Assembly: GCA_963818475.1 (NCBI GenBank)
Contig: CAWFSF010000003.1
Location: forward strand, 192,001 to 256,000
Source of the DNA: Nitrospirota bacterium
Lineage (GTDB): Bacteria > Nitrospirota > UBA9217
Length of the DNA stretch: 64,000 nucleotides
Direction: 5' to 3'
Shown here: positions 53,619 to 62,881 of the stretch, in pieces
How positions within the stretch are numbered: the stretch's first letter is position 1
Layout of the letters: each line of letters starts with the position of its first letter
Translations under genes and position numbers: made by a program
Notes under the pieces: generated by a model
What the model saw: only the letters and a program-made list of their open reading frames with translations
Told to the model about the DNA's origin: nothing
Database searches by the model: none

Positions 53619-55823
53619 TTATTCCTGGGACGGTTCAAACCAGCTGCTCGTAGTCGGAAAGAACATGTGGCAGCTAAATGTGCACGATATCGGATAGACA
53701 TCAAGATTGCTGGGATCAACTCCGATCCTTCCGTATTGATCCCCGCCTGTGCCGGACAAATGACTGAACAGCATGGCATCATGAACCCAGCCCCACTGTG
53801 TATTGGAACCATGGACGCTATGACAGCTGATACACGTTATCGCTGACAATGTCGTATCGCGATATCTCCACCCATAGAACGTGTCTCCGGCCTGCACGTG
53901 GTACATATGCAAGTTTTCATGAGCCGAGCTGAAGAACGCCAAGTCATCATACGCCTTTCCCGTGGTCCCCAGGTTCACATCGCGAAAAAGTGTCTGTATG
54001 TCAGCAATCGTATACGCCGGCAATACACCCCACGTCGCCAAAAGATCCGTCGCAAAGATCCCGTCAGCTCTCATTCCCAAAATAGCTTCTTTCGAGACTC
54101 TGCTATAGGAAGCGTGACAGTTAAAACAGAGATCGTAATCCGGTTCATCTGCAGAGTTGAAGAAAGTATATTTCGTAATTGGCAGTGTCAGGTTCTTCGC
54201 CAGCAAGCCGACATTCGCTGTTCCATGCCCGTTCCCATGGCATCCGGTGTTGATGGTGCCGTCCCCCACACAGGTAACTCCCTGTTGCTTGTGGCCGTAG
54301 GTCTTATTCCACTGGGTGCTGATCTCAGCGCTCGCCCGATAGGGCGTCTGGCCGATGACCGAACCGTCGTTAAAGGGAGCGGTCGGCGTGCCGCCGGTAA
54401 TGTAGGTAGAGGTCGCACCCTGGGTATCGTGGCAGCTCAGACAAAATGACTCGCGCGTTGATGCGTTCGCCGAATCGTACGCGATCGCCGCACCCGTGTC
54501 CCCGCTCCTGAGCCTCACGGTCCCTCCCATGTGGACTGACATATCGTGGCATACGAGGCATTGGTCGGTCAAGGGATCGTTCCCCGGTCCCCGTGTTACG
54601 TGATGCGACTTAACGGCAGCGTTTGCACCAAAATCTCCGTTCGCACCCACCACCGGCCGCCTGCTCCCCATCGCGTTCACGTGGCAAATAGCACAGGCAG
54701 GCGTGGCCACGCCTGCTGTTCCATACCACTCCGGGCTCTCACCCGCGTGGCAATTGGTCGTCGCGCAGCTTCCGGTCTCCTGACCGGTGTCCGATGTCCA
54801 GGTCCCTGAAGAATTCGTGCCATCAAAGAACACCAGCGGGACCGCAGGGTCCTGCGTGTCGAGAACGCCGCTTGCGTGGGATGCGCGGGAAGGATAGTTC
54901 TGATGACACTTGCTGCAGGCAAAGCCTATGCTCCCGACGTGTCTGCCATGCTTGCCTGAAAGGCCGGCCCCGTTGGTGAGCAGCGGATCGAGGACCGTGG
55001 AATATGCCGCGGAATGGCAGGTCGTGCAGGCCGTTGGCGCCGTCCAGCCCGCAGTGCCGTACCAGGAGAGAGTGTCCACACCGTGGCAGGAGATCGCAGC
55101 GCATTGTCCGGTCCCGCTGCCCGTGTCATTGGTCCAGGAGCCTGTTGTTGCCACAATATTAAATATGACCACGTTCTTGGTCGGGTCGGGCGTATCCAGC
55201 TGCCCATTCGCATGGGTCGTCCTGCCCGGGTACTGGTAGTGGCACCTTTCGCAATCGATAGAGCGGGAGTTCACATGTTTTATGTGCTGTCCCGCCGGCG
55301 GTGCTCCGTTCGTTGCAATCGGATCGAGCACCGGGGAAAATGATGAGCTGTGACAGGTCGTGCAGGCAGGGGTCGTCCAGGCGGTCGTTCCATACCAGTC
55401 GAGCGTATTGTTTGCGTGGCACGCGACGCCGACGCAGCCGCCCGTACCCGCCCCGGTGTCATTGACCCATGCGCCCGAGGGTCCGGTAATACTCATCGAG
55501 ACAAGGCTCACGGTCGGATCAGCCGTGTCAAAGGTCCCGTTCATGTGTGTGGCGGCATTCAAATAGCCGTTATGACACCGCTCACAAGAGATCTGTCTCT
55601 CGCTGAAGTGCTTCACGTGCTTGCCCCGCGAGCCGGAGCCATTTGACACCAGGGGATCAAGGGCAGTGGAGTTCGCGCTGGAATGGCAGCGAACGCAGTC
55701 TGAGATGGGCTCCCGGGGCGTCTGCGGTCGCCGAGCGAACAGCGAGTCGGGGCCTGAGCCGGAATTGCATCCCGTCGCGATCAGCAGCGCGATGACCGAA
55801 ATCCATGTGCGAAAAACGTTCAT
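53619..55823 (-). CDS. Lipoprotein multiheme cytochrome c (11 CxxCH, 3 CxxxxCH, plus CX3CH and CX9CH)
   Basis: Lipobox LIATGC; three tandem ~100-aa modules each with CxxCH, CxxCH, CxxxxCH. Confidence 0.9.
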   Translation of the reverse strand: MNVFRTWISVIALLIATGCNSGSGPDSLFARRPQTPREPISDCVRCHSSANSTALDPLVSNGSGSRGKHVKHFSERQISCERCHNGYLNAATHMNGTFDTADPTVSLVSMSITGPSGAWVNDTGAGTGGCVGVACHANNTLDWYGTTAWTTPACTTCHSSSFSPVLDPIATNGAPPAGQHIKHVNSRSIDCERCHYQYPGRTTHANGQLDTPDPTKNVVIFNIVATTGSWTNDTGSGTGQCAAISCHGVDTLSWYGTAGWTAPTACTTCHSAAYSTVLDPLLTNGAGLSGKHGRHVGSIGFACSKCHQNYPSRASHASGVLDTQDPAVPLVFFDGTNSSGTWTSDTGQETGSCATTNCHAGESPEWYGTAGVATPACAICHVNAMGSRRPVVGANGDFGANAAVKSHHVTRGPGNDPLTDQCLVCHDMSVHMGGTVRLRSGDTGAAIAYDSANASTRESFCLSCHDTQGATSTYITGGTPTAPFNDGSVIGQTPYRASAEISTQWNKTYGHKQQGVTCVGDGTINTGCHGNGHGTANVGLLAKNLTLPITKYTFFNSADEPDYDLCFNCHASYSRVSKEAILGMRADGIFATDLLATWGVLPAYTIADIQTLFRDVNLGTTGKAYDDLAFFSSAHENLHMYHVQAGDTFYGWRYRDTTLSAITCISCHSVHGSNTQWGWVHDAMLFSHLSGTGGDQYGRIGVDPSNLDVYPISCTFSCHMFFPTTSSWFEPSQE

Positions 55824-55845
55824 CAGATCCCCGTCTCCTTGTATC

Positions 55846-56412
55846 CTATTGGTGGCATTGCGTGCAGTCCACACCGGCATTCACCGGATGCGGCGGCGGC
55901 ACATGCGAGACACGCTGCCGGTGACAGACCGTGCAATTATTGCCCTCAAGCGACAGACCCGCGCCAAAATGGCACCACGTGCAGTGGCGGGTCCGCCAGC
56001 TCGCGGTATGACTTCGCGGAGCCGTCTCGCTGTGGCAGCGAACGCAGTAATCCTGCCGGTGGCATGCGAGGCACCGCTCCCGGTTGGCGTCCGCCATGAG
56101 GCCGTGGCTCCGCGTGCGCCAGAAGGTCGTGTGATCCCGCGGCATCGTCGTGGTGTGGCAGGCGATGCAAACGGTTCGATCGTGGCAGATGAGACACGCA
56201 TTGCCGGGCTGACCCGGGCTGTTCCCCTCGGCCCCTGTCGTTTTTCCGTGATACTCGAGCCAATTCCCTTGATGGGAGTCCGGCCTCGGGAAGGGGATCC
56301 GGGTATCCTGCTCGCCGTTCTGCGCCGCCTGGACCGTGATGCCGGTCCCGAACGCGACAAGGGCCAGAAGGAGAATCATGGATTTTTTTCCTGTCGTTCG
56401 ATCAGAAATCAT
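55846..56412 (-). CDS. Periplasmic heptaheme cytochrome c
   Basis: Signal peptide; CLICH, CIACH, CLACH, CVRCH, CTWCH, CTVCH, CTQCH. Confidence 0.87.
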   Translation of the reverse strand: MISDRTTGKKSMILLLALVAFGTGITVQAAQNGEQDTRIPFPRPDSHQGNWLEYHGKTTGAEGNSPGQPGNACLICHDRTVCIACHTTTMPRDHTTFWRTRSHGLMADANRERCLACHRQDYCVRCHSETAPRSHTASWRTRHCTWCHFGAGLSLEGNNCTVCHRQRVSHVPPPHPVNAGVDCTQCHQ

Positions 56413-57811
56413 AGCGCATCCCCAGCCTCAGAGTCTGATAATTCTCGATGCCGTGCTCGTACTCGTACGCTCCGTTCATGGAGAAGCCGTCGCTCAGCGG
56501 ATATTTCGCGTTCAGATAATAGGTGCGCACCTGCTCCCGCACGCCCAGCTCGATGTAGTCGTCGTATTTATAAAGGCTATAGTTCGTGCCGATGCTGACC
56601 TTCGCTTCCCTGCTGTTCCGCTTGAAGCGGTAGGACAGGTCGACGCCCGCGGCGTACAGGTCATTGCCCGCGCTCTCCCACTCCTCGGCGAGGAGCGTCC
56701 ACGAAAGGCCCTCAACGAAGAGGTCGCTCGCCTCCACATCAACGAACATCCGTTCGAACGCCTTGTTGAAGGGGCCCGTATCAGCAGTGTCCAGAAGCCC
56801 GCGCTTGTAGTACCCCAGGTCCACGGCGATCCACTCGTCGAAGAATTTTCTGATCTTGACGTCGTAGCTCTCATAGGGGGCGGATCGGCCGATGACGTCA
56901 TAGAAGAGGGAAAGTTGGTTCGAAAGTTCGTTCTGGCTCCGGAACTGGCGGAAGTAGTTCACGCTGAACTCGGCCTCCGCCGTCTGCCATGCCGCCGCGG
57001 ACTTGAGCGAAAGGTCCCGGGGCTCGCCGTCCCTGAAGCGGTACTTCGCCGTGATCCGGGTGAAGGGCTCGAACCGCTGCGAGATTTTGATGGACGTCAG
57101 CCGATCGTACTGGGTCGTGTCCTCCGGGAAGAGCGACATCGCGTCCTTCACCAGAAGGTAGTCGACGCTCACGCCCGTGGCGGAGAAGGGGCGGTAATCG
57201 ATGCCCGCGCCCTTGAGGGTATCCTCTCCCCAGTGCGCGTTGACCTCGAAGAGGTTGATCGCCGCGCCGCCGAAGAGCGTAAGGTTCCACTTCTCCGCCC
57301 CCGTGTCCACGGCAACGCCGTCGAAGATCACCGGCTCGTCGCGGGTGCCTGCCTGACGGCCGACGCGCGCTCTCGAATCGGGTACCGCCGCGCCACCGTT
57401 CAGCACAAGGTAGGCCTCGTAGACCTTACCGGTCGAACGGGTACCGAAAGTGTCCCAGACGTTTTCGAGTGGATAGAACGTGCTCGCGTTCTGGTTCCCG
57501 TCAATGTCGGAACGAGCGGAGCCGAGGAAATGAAATTCGTAGTCATTGTCCTGCGGCCGCGTGATGTCGAGCCGGAGGTCGGCGAAAATATCCTGGTCGG
57601 AGATCCGCGCATCGGGAAGCTCGGCTGTCCGGTAATGGTATCGTGTGGAGACATACCCGCTGACGTTCGTTGAAAGATCGGGGGAAGGAAGGCCGGAAAC
57701 GGGGGACGGATCTGCATCAGCCGCAAGAATGGCGGCGGGAAAGAAAACAACGATGCAGAGGAAACAGAATATCGGCAACCAATCTCGTTGAAGCGCGCTG
57801 CGGCAGGCCAT
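56402..57811 (-). CDS. Outer membrane beta-barrel porin (cytochrome-associated)
   Basis: Signal peptide, alternating beta-strand pattern, VGRQ...FDG, C-terminal LGMRYDF. Confidence 0.8.
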   Translation of the reverse strand: MACRSALQRDWLPIFCFLCIVVFFPAAILAADADPSPVSGLPSPDLSTNVSGYVSTRYHYRTAELPDARISDQDIFADLRLDITRPQDNDYEFHFLGSARSDIDGNQNASTFYPLENVWDTFGTRSTGKVYEAYLVLNGGAAVPDSRARVGRQAGTRDEPVIFDGVAVDTGAEKWNLTLFGGAAINLFEVNAHWGEDTLKGAGIDYRPFSATGVSVDYLLVKDAMSLFPEDTTQYDRLTSIKISQRFEPFTRITAKYRFRDGEPRDLSLKSAAAWQTAEAEFSVNYFRQFRSQNELSNQLSLFYDVIGRSAPYESYDVKIRKFFDEWIAVDLGYYKRGLLDTADTGPFNKAFERMFVDVEASDLFVEGLSWTLLAEEWESAGNDLYAAGVDLSYRFKRNSREAKVSIGTNYSLYKYDDYIELGVREQVRTYYLNAKYPLSDGFSMNGAYEYEHGIENYQTLRLGMRYDF

Positions 57812-57993
57812 GAAAGGCTCTCTCCCTCCATCCGGACTTCGGTAGATAATAGTGATACCCTGGACAAATGTCAACTATTTTCCCCGCAGACTTTTTCTTA
57901 TTCTCATCGTAACCCGGCCTCAAGTCTTCGACTTTAAGGGAGTTGTCGAGGTCAGGGGAGAAAGATAAGGCGAGAGCGGTTTTTTCAGAAAAC

Positions 57994-58299
57994 TCAGCGC
58001 CGGATCAGCACCAGCACCCCCGCGGCGATCGACAGTACGGCAAGCACAACACCACTGCCGGAAAATCCGACATGCAGAAGCGGCATCAGTCCGGTGGCCA
58101 GCAGCCAGATCCCCAGGAGAATATTTCCCAGCCTCGGCAAGAGCTTTTCGGACCGATCAACCAGCAGGAACAGGATGCCTGCCACAACCGCAAGAACAGC
58201 GAGAATGGCGCCGCTTCCGGAGAACCGGATGCCGCCCAGGGTGATCATGCCGTTCACGATCAGCCAGATACCCAGCAGGATGTTCGCCAATGCCTTCAT
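57994..58299 (-). CDS. Small four-TM membrane protein formed by a tandem duplication
   Basis: NILLGIWL...FSGSG..LAVL...AG.L occurs twice. Confidence 0.75.
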   Translation of the reverse strand: MKALANILLGIWLIVNGMITLGGIRFSGSGAILAVLAVVAGILFLLVDRSEKLLPRLGNILLGIWLLATGLMPLLHVGFSGSGVVLAVLSIAAGVLVLIRR

Positions 58300-58383
58300 G
58301 TCATTCTCCTTTTTTGTTCATCGAAAAGCGACGGTCTCTGTGCTCATGAACTGGAAGCCCACGGGCCAGAAAGTCCCTGCACA

Positions 58384-58415
58384 AAAAAGGCCGCTGAGCT
58401 AAACTCAGCGACCTT
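58384..58415 (-). terminator. Rho-independent terminator
   Basis: Minus strand GGTCGCTGAG-TTTAG-CTCAGCGGCC-TTTTTT. Confidence 0.75.
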
Positions 58416-58440
58416 CGGATTCTAACGTCCGGCCCCGATA

Positions 58441-58752
58441 TCAGCGAATACCCGAGGAGAAGATGATGCTCTCGAACGAACGCTTCAATGTCTTGCTCGT
58501 GAAATTTTTCATCTCCATGCCGGGCTTACAGGTTATCTCTTGACCGACCTTGACCGACGTCTCCGGTATGGCAACCCAGGTCTTCTTCCCGTTCTTCTCA
58601 AGAGAAACATAGGTATAGCCCCCGGAATTCATCGCTTCCACTACTTTCCCCGAAAGGGAATCGTCAGCCCGGACCGTATTTGCAGCAAAGCAGCTGGCGA
58701 TGATAAAAAACAGAACACCTGCTGCGAATACCAATGTAGACCGTTTCATCAT
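58441..58752 (-). CDS. Exported small beta/OB-fold protein (NrfJ-related)
   Basis: Signal peptide; GKVVEAMNSGGYTY...WVAIP...MKNFTSKTLKRSF. Confidence 0.7.
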   Translation of the reverse strand: MMKRSTLVFAAGVLFFIIASCFAANTVRADDSLSGKVVEAMNSGGYTYVSLEKNGKKTWVAIPETSVKVGQEITCKPGMEMKNFTSKTLKRSFESIIFSSGIR

Positions 58753-58801
58753 CAATCTCCTTTTTTGTAAGTACCGAGGCGCAATCAGCGGCTGAGGCGG
58801 G

Positions 58802-58984
58802 TCAGCACCCCTGCGGGGCCTTCTTTTCCGGCGCCTTTTCGGTCGCAGGCGCCTGCTCCGTCTTCTGCTGTTCTGTCTGTTGCTGCTCAGCCGGCTTCTG
58901 CTCGGCCTTCTTCGTCTCGCACCCGACGACAAGAACTCCCAGGAACGCCATTCCCACCACGATCGCACCAAATAGCTTTTTCAT
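58802..58984 (-). CDS. 60-aa lipoprotein with low-complexity linker and C-terminal QGC
   Basis: AGGAGG RBS, MKK, lipobox VVGC, Q/E/K/P-rich tail ending APQGC. Confidence 0.7.
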   Translation of the reverse strand: MKKLFGAIVVGMAFLGVLVVGCETKKAEQKPAEQQQTEQQKTEQAPATEKAPEKKAPQGC

Positions 58985-59218
58985 GATATCCTCCTTACAG
59001 GTAGTAGACCGCACCGCCGTTCATCTGCGAAGGTGCCGCGTCACAGCGAAGTTAGCAAAGAAATGGGAAAATGTCAAAACAAAAGACCCGGGCCGGAGAG
59101 GCTCGTAAGAAACGAGAGGTGTCATGAGGGAAGATTATCAGGAGTTTGCGCACGGTCCGGCAGCAGAGACCCTCAGATGTTCAGGTAAGGTTCTCCGGGC
59201 GAACCGTGGCGCTGCGCG

Positions 59219-60472
59219 TCAGCGTTTGTTCCAGAAAGGACCGCCGGGAAAGCCGGACGTCTTGGCCCCTGTTGGCAACGACGGCTCTGTTCCGTAGCTG
59301 CTCAAGTGCGGGGTTATCTGCGGATCCTTGACCTCACCGCTCAATTCCCGCAGCAGCAAGTTGAAAAAAACATCCGTGATCCTGTCATCAAACTGTGTTC
59401 CGCAGCATTTCATTACTTCATGAAAGGCCTCATCGAGCCCCAATTTGTCCCGATAGGGCCGGTCCGTAGTCATCGCATCAAAGGCATCGACAAGTGCAAG
59501 GATCTTTTCACCATCGCTCAGTTCGGACGACTGGAGCGCATCAGGATAGCCCTTCCCGTCAAGCCGCTCATGATGATGCAGCACAAATCGTTCGATATTC
59601 TTCCAGGGGAAGTTTATCTTTGAAAGGATATCGTATGATATCTGCGGGTGTTTATTTATTTCTATTTTTTCAAGGCTCGTAAGCCCTTCTCCCTTCTTTA
59701 TGAGGCTGGTGTCAATGATGATCTTCCCGATATCGTGGAGCAAACCGGCGACGTAGAGGCCTTCCACCTCCTTCTTCTTCCATCCGAGCTCCCGGGCGAT
59801 GGCAACGGCATAACATGCCACACGGTAGGAATGGTCCTTCGTATAACCGTCCTTGGCGTCTATGGCGGCTGAAAATGCCTGGACGGTGTCATGATAAATA
59901 CGGCGCATGCTTTCATAGAGTTTTTTGTTCTCCGCGGCCTTTTTGGTGAGTTCCCCGAAGAGTGCCGCGTTATACAGCGTTATCGCCATTTGATGCGCTA
60001 CGACCTTGAGGACATCCTTTTCGTTCTGACGGAAGGATGCCCGGCCGAGCTTCTCGCCAAGCGCAATAGCTCCGACAAACTCATCCCTGGCAAAAAGGGG
60101 GATGAAGAGTCTTGCCTGCAGCTTCGCGAACACCTGGTCATTCTGTTCGTAAAAAGAGCTCCCGGCCATCTCTTTAAGGGAATGCGGCTCGTTCCCGTGG
60201 AACTGCTTGATATGCCGCGGCAGAACGGATAATTGTATCTCCTGGCGGGCGCTCCCCTTATATCCCTTATCCGCGAGGCGTTCCAGGCTCCTGTTCTGGG
60301 GATGGTAAATGAACAGGGCGGCCTTCGGCACGGAAAACGTCCCGCTGATGATATAGAGTGCTGATTTCATTTTTGCCGGCAGGTCCTTGGAGGACGTTGC
60401 CTCCTGCCCCAGATCGACCAGCGAAGCAATGCTGAACATCAGGCGTTTGAGATGAAAGGTATTGTTCGGCAT
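59219..60472 (-). CDS. GAF + HD-GYP phosphodiesterase
   Basis: AIDAKDGYTKDHS, LLHDIGK, HHERLDGKGYP, DAFDAMTTDRPYR. Confidence 0.92.
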   Translation of the reverse strand: MPNNTFHLKRLMFSIASLVDLGQEATSSKDLPAKMKSALYIISGTFSVPKAALFIYHPQNRSLERLADKGYKGSARQEIQLSVLPRHIKQFHGNEPHSLKEMAGSSFYEQNDQVFAKLQARLFIPLFARDEFVGAIALGEKLGRASFRQNEKDVLKVVAHQMAITLYNAALFGELTKKAAENKKLYESMRRIYHDTVQAFSAAIDAKDGYTKDHSYRVACYAVAIARELGWKKKEVEGLYVAGLLHDIGKIIIDTSLIKKGEGLTSLEKIEINKHPQISYDILSKINFPWKNIERFVLHHHERLDGKGYPDALQSSELSDGEKILALVDAFDAMTTDRPYRDKLGLDEAFHEVMKCCGTQFDDRITDVFFNLLLRELSGEVKDPQITPHLSSYGTEPSLPTGAKTSGFPGGPFWNKR

Positions 60473-60473
60473 G

Positions 60474-60827
60474 CTAATTGCTCCCGCTCAAGTAATGGAA
60501 GGCATCCTTTTCATCCTTGAACACCTTTACATGTTTTATCAACCCCGCCATCTCGAACATCTCTCGATGGTCCTTCTTCATATTCGTGAAACAGAGCTGG
60601 CTGTTGGATTCCAGCATGTTCTGCACGATGCCTAAAAAGATGGAAAGCCCGATGGTGTTGATAAATTGAACATCGGAAAAATTGACGATGAGTTTTTTCG
60701 ATCCCTGGTCAATGAACTCTTCACTGGTCACTTCGAGCCGTTCCGCCCCGATGTTATTGATGTACCCTTTTGGCATCATGACGGCTATGTCGTGTTCTGA
60801 TCTGGATGTTATCGAAAAATTACTCAC
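60474..60827 (-). CDS. STAS-domain anti-sigma factor antagonist
   Basis: KGYINN, LIVNFSDVQFINTIGL, MFEMAGL. Confidence 0.88.
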   Translation of the reverse strand: MSNFSITSRSEHDIAVMMPKGYINNIGAERLEVTSEEFIDQGSKKLIVNFSDVQFINTIGLSIFLGIVQNMLESNSQLCFTNMKKDHREMFEMAGLIKHVKVFKDEKDAFHYLSGSN

Positions 60828-62490
60828 GGTTTGCCCTCTCCTCCCTTTGCATGCCTGCGGATTTTTCGATCTTTTTGACGAGGATTATTTTTGTACCGTA
60901 GGCGGTCTTTTCAAACGTAACGTGGTCCACAAAGCGTTTGATCAATTTTATGCCCCATCCCCTTCCTGTTTTTTTCTCAGCCTCCTCGCCGCGATAGGGT
61001 TCTCCCGTTTCCTGGATGATGAACTCCTGTCCAGCGCTTTCGACCGAAACCTCCACCTGGCCCTCATCAACGGATACACTGACATAGACCTTATCATCCA
61101 TTCCCCTGCCGTGTTCGCCGGCGTTGATACAGGCCTCGATAACAGCTATTTGCAATTGACCGATGGCATCCTGATCGAGGTTCAGGTTTTTTCCGATCTG
61201 CTCCAGGCTCCGGGCAACTATGAGCTCCGCCTCTCCGGCCATCGACAGCGTCAGGTCAAAACGGACAACCTGCCCCTTTTGCGGAATGAGCGCTTCAAGA
61301 AAGTGCGTCTCCACCTCATGAGGGGACTTCGCCAGGACTTCCCTCATGGAGAGGGCGTCAACGATGTCCCGCAAGACCCGGTCGTCCATTGCCCTGAAGC
61401 TGCCGAACTCTCCGCGAATGAAACCGGCAAGATACAGCGCATGAAGGATCTCCTGCGCCTGGACCGCGGTCAGCGAAAAGACCTTCGCGACCCGCTGACA
61501 GGACAGGGCCTCGGTGGCATGGAAGATCTTGGAGACTATTGCCAGGGCTGTTCTTCTCTGCCCCAGGTCGGGGAAATGGCCCTTCAGCACCATCAGCCAC
61601 GATAGCGCGAGCGTTCCTTCCATGATCTCCTGGATATAGGCGTTCCAGAAATCCCTGTCATCAGGATTGTTCTTCACGCGCGCCCGGGTGACGATGCGCC
61701 CGATGTAATACGGGTTTCCGCCAAGATGACGCAACAGGAGCGGAGGCACGTTCCCTTCCGCCTCTTGTGCGCCCAGGAGGGCATTGACCATCGACGAGGC
61801 CGCCTCGGGCCCCAGGGGAGGAACCGGCATGCGCTCAAGACCGCCCACCACCGCCATCTCCTGGAGCTCGGCCATGTTCCCCGTGACCACATGAGGCGTT
61901 CTGCTGTGCGACATCGGCTCCTGGAAAAGTGAGGCCATCCGGTGATCAGGGACGCCGTCAAGACGAAGGTCCTTCACCCAATGAAAATCATCGATCAGAA
62001 CGGCAACCGGCATCCCGGTGGAAAGCGTCGAATGATGCGGGGCCAGCAGCGCGAGACGAAGCGCCTCTACAGGTTCACCGGCGCATTGCACATACCGGTC
62101 AAGGACCTCCTGTGCCCAGAAGGCCCCCTGTTCCTCGGCAAGCGTGGACAGGCCGTCGATCGTGATCCCGTCACGATAGAGCAGGGATTGGTCTTTTCTT
62201 TCAAACGCAAGCCTCTGGCAAATGAACCTGCTCAGATAGGATTTTGAAAAGGCTGGTATGGACAACAGCGCGGGGTTGACCGTATACAGGAAGGGAACTA
62301 TCCGGTCCTGGTTCAGGAACAGCCGGCTGAAAAGATGTTTGAGCAGCTCGGTCTTTCCGATGCCCCGGCGGCCGCAGAGAAGGCTGCTGTGCGCCTGTCC
62401 TTCGTCCGCCTGGAGGACCTTCTTATAGAGGCCTGGCAGCTCTATCTGCCTTCCGAAAAAATCCTTTATCGGGAGTGAACTGAACGGCAT
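60820..62490 (-). CDS. P-loop AAA ATPase fused to a C-terminal RsbW-like HATPase
   Basis: FFGRQIE, GRRGIGKT, LIDDFH, GGNPYY; C-terminal IAVIEACINAGEHG, GRGWGIKLI. Confidence 0.8.
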   Translation of the reverse strand: MPFSSLPIKDFFGRQIELPGLYKKVLQADEGQAHSSLLCGRRGIGKTELLKHLFSRLFLNQDRIVPFLYTVNPALLSIPAFSKSYLSRFICQRLAFERKDQSLLYRDGITIDGLSTLAEEQGAFWAQEVLDRYVQCAGEPVEALRLALLAPHHSTLSTGMPVAVLIDDFHWVKDLRLDGVPDHRMASLFQEPMSHSRTPHVVTGNMAELQEMAVVGGLERMPVPPLGPEAASSMVNALLGAQEAEGNVPPLLLRHLGGNPYYIGRIVTRARVKNNPDDRDFWNAYIQEIMEGTLALSWLMVLKGHFPDLGQRRTALAIVSKIFHATEALSCQRVAKVFSLTAVQAQEILHALYLAGFIRGEFGSFRAMDDRVLRDIVDALSMREVLAKSPHEVETHFLEALIPQKGQVVRFDLTLSMAGEAELIVARSLEQIGKNLNLDQDAIGQLQIAVIEACINAGEHGRGMDDKVYVSVSVDEGQVEVSVESAGQEFIIQETGEPYRGEEAEKKTGRGWGIKLIKRFVDHVTFEKTAYGTKIILVKKIEKSAGMQREERANRE

Positions 62491-62881
62491 TTTATGAGAA
62501 TACCTCGATCTTGTTCTTTCCCTGGTTCTTGGAGCAATGTCCACGGACGCACCGAGTACTGCAATGCTTCCGACGCGTTCTTCGTGGCATGGAACAATTC
62601 TATCCTGCCGACTACCGGTTGTCAAACCTTAGGACTAAATGAATCGACGCTAGAGAGGGCAGAGCATGAGATGAAACTTTCCGTTTAAAGCTGAGAAGGA
62701 GTTGTTTTTGCAGTCTTTTCTGATGGAATTTCATTCTTGCGGAGGGGCTTTCCATGAACTATGTAGATGATATCAGACGTGAGCAGTTTCTTTCAACTGA
62801 GGAAAGATTAGCGGTTCAACGGAGCAGGTGATCGTCGGACTGGATGTACCCTTAAATGGGCGGCCCTGTGGTGTTTCGAAG

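Noticed and set aside
58802-58804. TGA after Gly-Cys as a selenocysteine codon
   Set aside because: Read-through frame is not protein-like, does not join the next gene in frame, and no convincing SECIS hairpin follows
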